Below are positions 62,508 through 64,000 of a stretch of 64,000 nucleotides of DNA, one piece after another. The first letter of the stretch is position 1. Every line of letters begins with the position of its first letter. The notes under the pieces are model-generated. The model saw only the letters and a list, made by a program, of their open reading frames with translations, was not told the DNA's origin and did no database searches. This stretch comes from an uncultured Gammaproteobacteria bacterium (GTDB lineage: Bacteria; Pseudomonadota; Gammaproteobacteria; JACCXJ01), in assembly GCA_963764725.1 (NCBI GenBank), contig CAVXTM010000018.1, forward strand, positions 448,001-512,000. Direction: 5' to 3'. Position numbers and translations under genes: made by a program.

Positions 62508-62537
62508 CGTGAATCCTGCTCACGCAGTGCTTGATGT

Positions 62538-62641
62538 TTAAGCCGGCTGGACTGTTACCGCCGACGGGCCCTTCGGGCCCTGCTCCACGTCGAAGGTCAC
62601 CTTTTGGCCCTCCGCCAGGGACTTGAAGCCGTTACTCTTAA
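62538..62641 (-). pseudogene. Cold-shock protein C-terminal half, interrupted by IS5
   Basis: IKSNGFKSLAEGQKVTFDVEQGPKGPSAVTVQPA-stop; degenerate FAH..AI remnant beyond the IS at about 63939-63965. Confidence 0.85.
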
Positions 62642-63938
62642 GGGCACTTCGATTAATTCCTCGACTCGGGCCTTAGTATAGCTTTTAGTAGCTGATCGGA
62701 TATATAACTCGTGTTAGAATATGGGCCCTCATCCATAAGAGCAGCAAGGGGAGATGATCATGGGGCAACCGGGGTTGTTTGATGTAGAGGAGCGCTATGA
62801 CGCACTGGACGCGATGGGTGACCCGTTGGTGGTGCTCAAGGAGTCGGTCCCGTGGGAGGAATTTCGTCCGCTATGCGCCAAGATCCATGAGAAGGAGCGT
62901 AAATCACCCGCCGGTCGCAAGCCTTTGGACCCGGTGATGATGTTCAAGGCGTTAGTGTTGCAGAGTCTGTATAACATCTCCGATCAGCAGATGGAGTATC
63001 AAATCAAAGACCGGATGTCGTTCATGCGCTTTCTCGGGCTCAACCTGCAGGACAACGTGCCCGATGCCACCACGCTGTGGGCCTATAGGCAGGTGTTGGC
63101 CGAGCAAGGCCTCTTGGAGGGGCTCTTTGAGCGCTTCAATGCCTATCTCAGCGAGCGCGGCTATCAGGCAAAAGCCGGGCAGATCATCGATGCCAGCATC
63201 GTGCCGGTGCCCCGCCAGAGGAATACTCGGGAAGAGAATGCGGCGATCAAAGGCGGCGAGCTGCCTGAGGACTGGGAAAACAACCCCGCGATGCGCCGGC
63301 AGAAGGACACCGACGCCCGTTGGACCAAGAAACACGGCAAGAGCTACTTTGGGTACAAGAACCACATCAACGTGGACAACAAGCACAAGCTCATCCGCAA
63401 CTTTACCGTCACCGATGCCGCCATCCACGATAGCCAGCTCTTAGCGGAGGTGCTCGATGAAGCCAACACCGGAGCCTCTGTCTGGGCCGACAGTGCCTAT
63501 CGGTCCGAGGAAACCGAACAGCGGCTTGGGGAGGCTGGCTTCAAGAGCCAGATCCACTACAAAGGCCAGCGGGGCAAACCGCTGAGTGCGCACAAAAAGC
63601 GCCTCAACCGCCTGCGCTCCACCATCCGCGCCCGGGTCGAGCATGTCTTTGGCTTTCAGCATAACTCCATGGGCGGCAAACTCATCCGCACCATAGGACT
63701 GGCTAGGGCCAAGACCATGATCGCGCTGATGAACCTCACCTACAACATCATGCGCTATCTGCAACTGGAGCGACGCAAGCCAGGAAATCGGCTTGCCCAC
63801 GCAACCTAAAGCAGCGATGGTAAACGGCATCCTATAAGGCAAGCGGTAGCCGTGTACAAAACACCACTTACCCGACTTTAATCATCCTTGGTTATTTAAC
63901 GGTTAGCTACCACTGGAAACGAATTTATCGAAGTGCCC
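62642..63938 (+). mobile_element. IS5-family element
   Basis: IRs GGGCACTTCGAT.AATTC/GAATTTATCGAAGTGCCC, TTAA TSD (62638-62641, 63939-63942). Confidence 0.95.
62754..63809 (+). CDS. IS5 transposase, apparently intact
   Basis: LQSLYNISD, PDATTLW, IIDASIV, QKDTDARWTKK, WADSAY, RARVEHVFG. Confidence 0.93.
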   Translation: MIMGQPGLFDVEERYDALDAMGDPLVVLKESVPWEEFRPLCAKIHEKERKSPAGRKPLDPVMMFKALVLQSLYNISDQQMEYQIKDRMSFMRFLGLNLQDNVPDATTLWAYRQVLAEQGLLEGLFERFNAYLSERGYQAKAGQIIDASIVPVPRQRNTREENAAIKGGELPEDWENNPAMRRQKDTDARWTKKHGKSYFGYKNHINVDNKHKLIRNFTVTDAAIHDSQLLAEVLDEANTGASVWADSAYRSEETEQRLGEAGFKSQIHYKGQRGKPLSAHKKRLNRLRSTIRARVEHVFGFQHNSMGGKLIRTIGLARAKTMIALMNLTYNIMRYLQLERRKPGNRLAHAT

Positions 63939-64000
63939 TTAATGGCGTTGGTGAGCGAAACAGACATGCTCGGTGGCGACCAAGCTAGCCGAGCATTTTC

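Noticed and set aside
1-64000. CRISPR array, cas genes, rRNA, prophage structural genes
   Set aside because: No regularly spaced repeat-spacer run or recognisable genes of these classes seen.

Overview
GC-rich gammaproteobacterial chromosome segment in two halves. Bases 1-30.9 kb are core genome: rppH; an MSHA/type IV pilus-like operon (secretin, TPR protein, frameshifted MshEN-ATPase, PilC, PilMNOP-like genes, two paralogous large prepilins); a Fur-boxed iron locus (bfr, bfd, porin, FMN-binding protein, PepSY-TM protein); then prlC, an SH3 protein, xth, rpmE, a nuclease, a Ser/Thr kinase, rsd, bioA, rsmE, argH, asmA, mutY and yggX. At 30.93 kb a tRNA-Phe(GAA) gene has lost its native 3' end. 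That end reappears twice downstream (35961-36009 and 54720-54771), each copy flanked by IHF sites and shared arm-like motifs, defining tandem islands with no recognisable integrase. Island 1 carries SWIM + SNF2 + a toxin-antitoxin pair. Island 2 and the following region are a decayed stress/DNA-repair island (ku, ligD, mug, BON, nhaP, mscL, cls, csp) riddled with IS5, ISL3, IS4, IS91, IS630 and IS1380 elements, plus an ORF-less group II intron remnant and a lone integron cassette. Most notable signals: the broken tRNA that excision would repair, a ~44-bp hairpin mini-element inserted at two unrelated sites, a 129-bp palindromic element inserted in-frame in a signal peptide, and a conserved -1 slippery site in both ISL3 copies. 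All calls are from reading the sequence and recalling family motifs; no searches were run.
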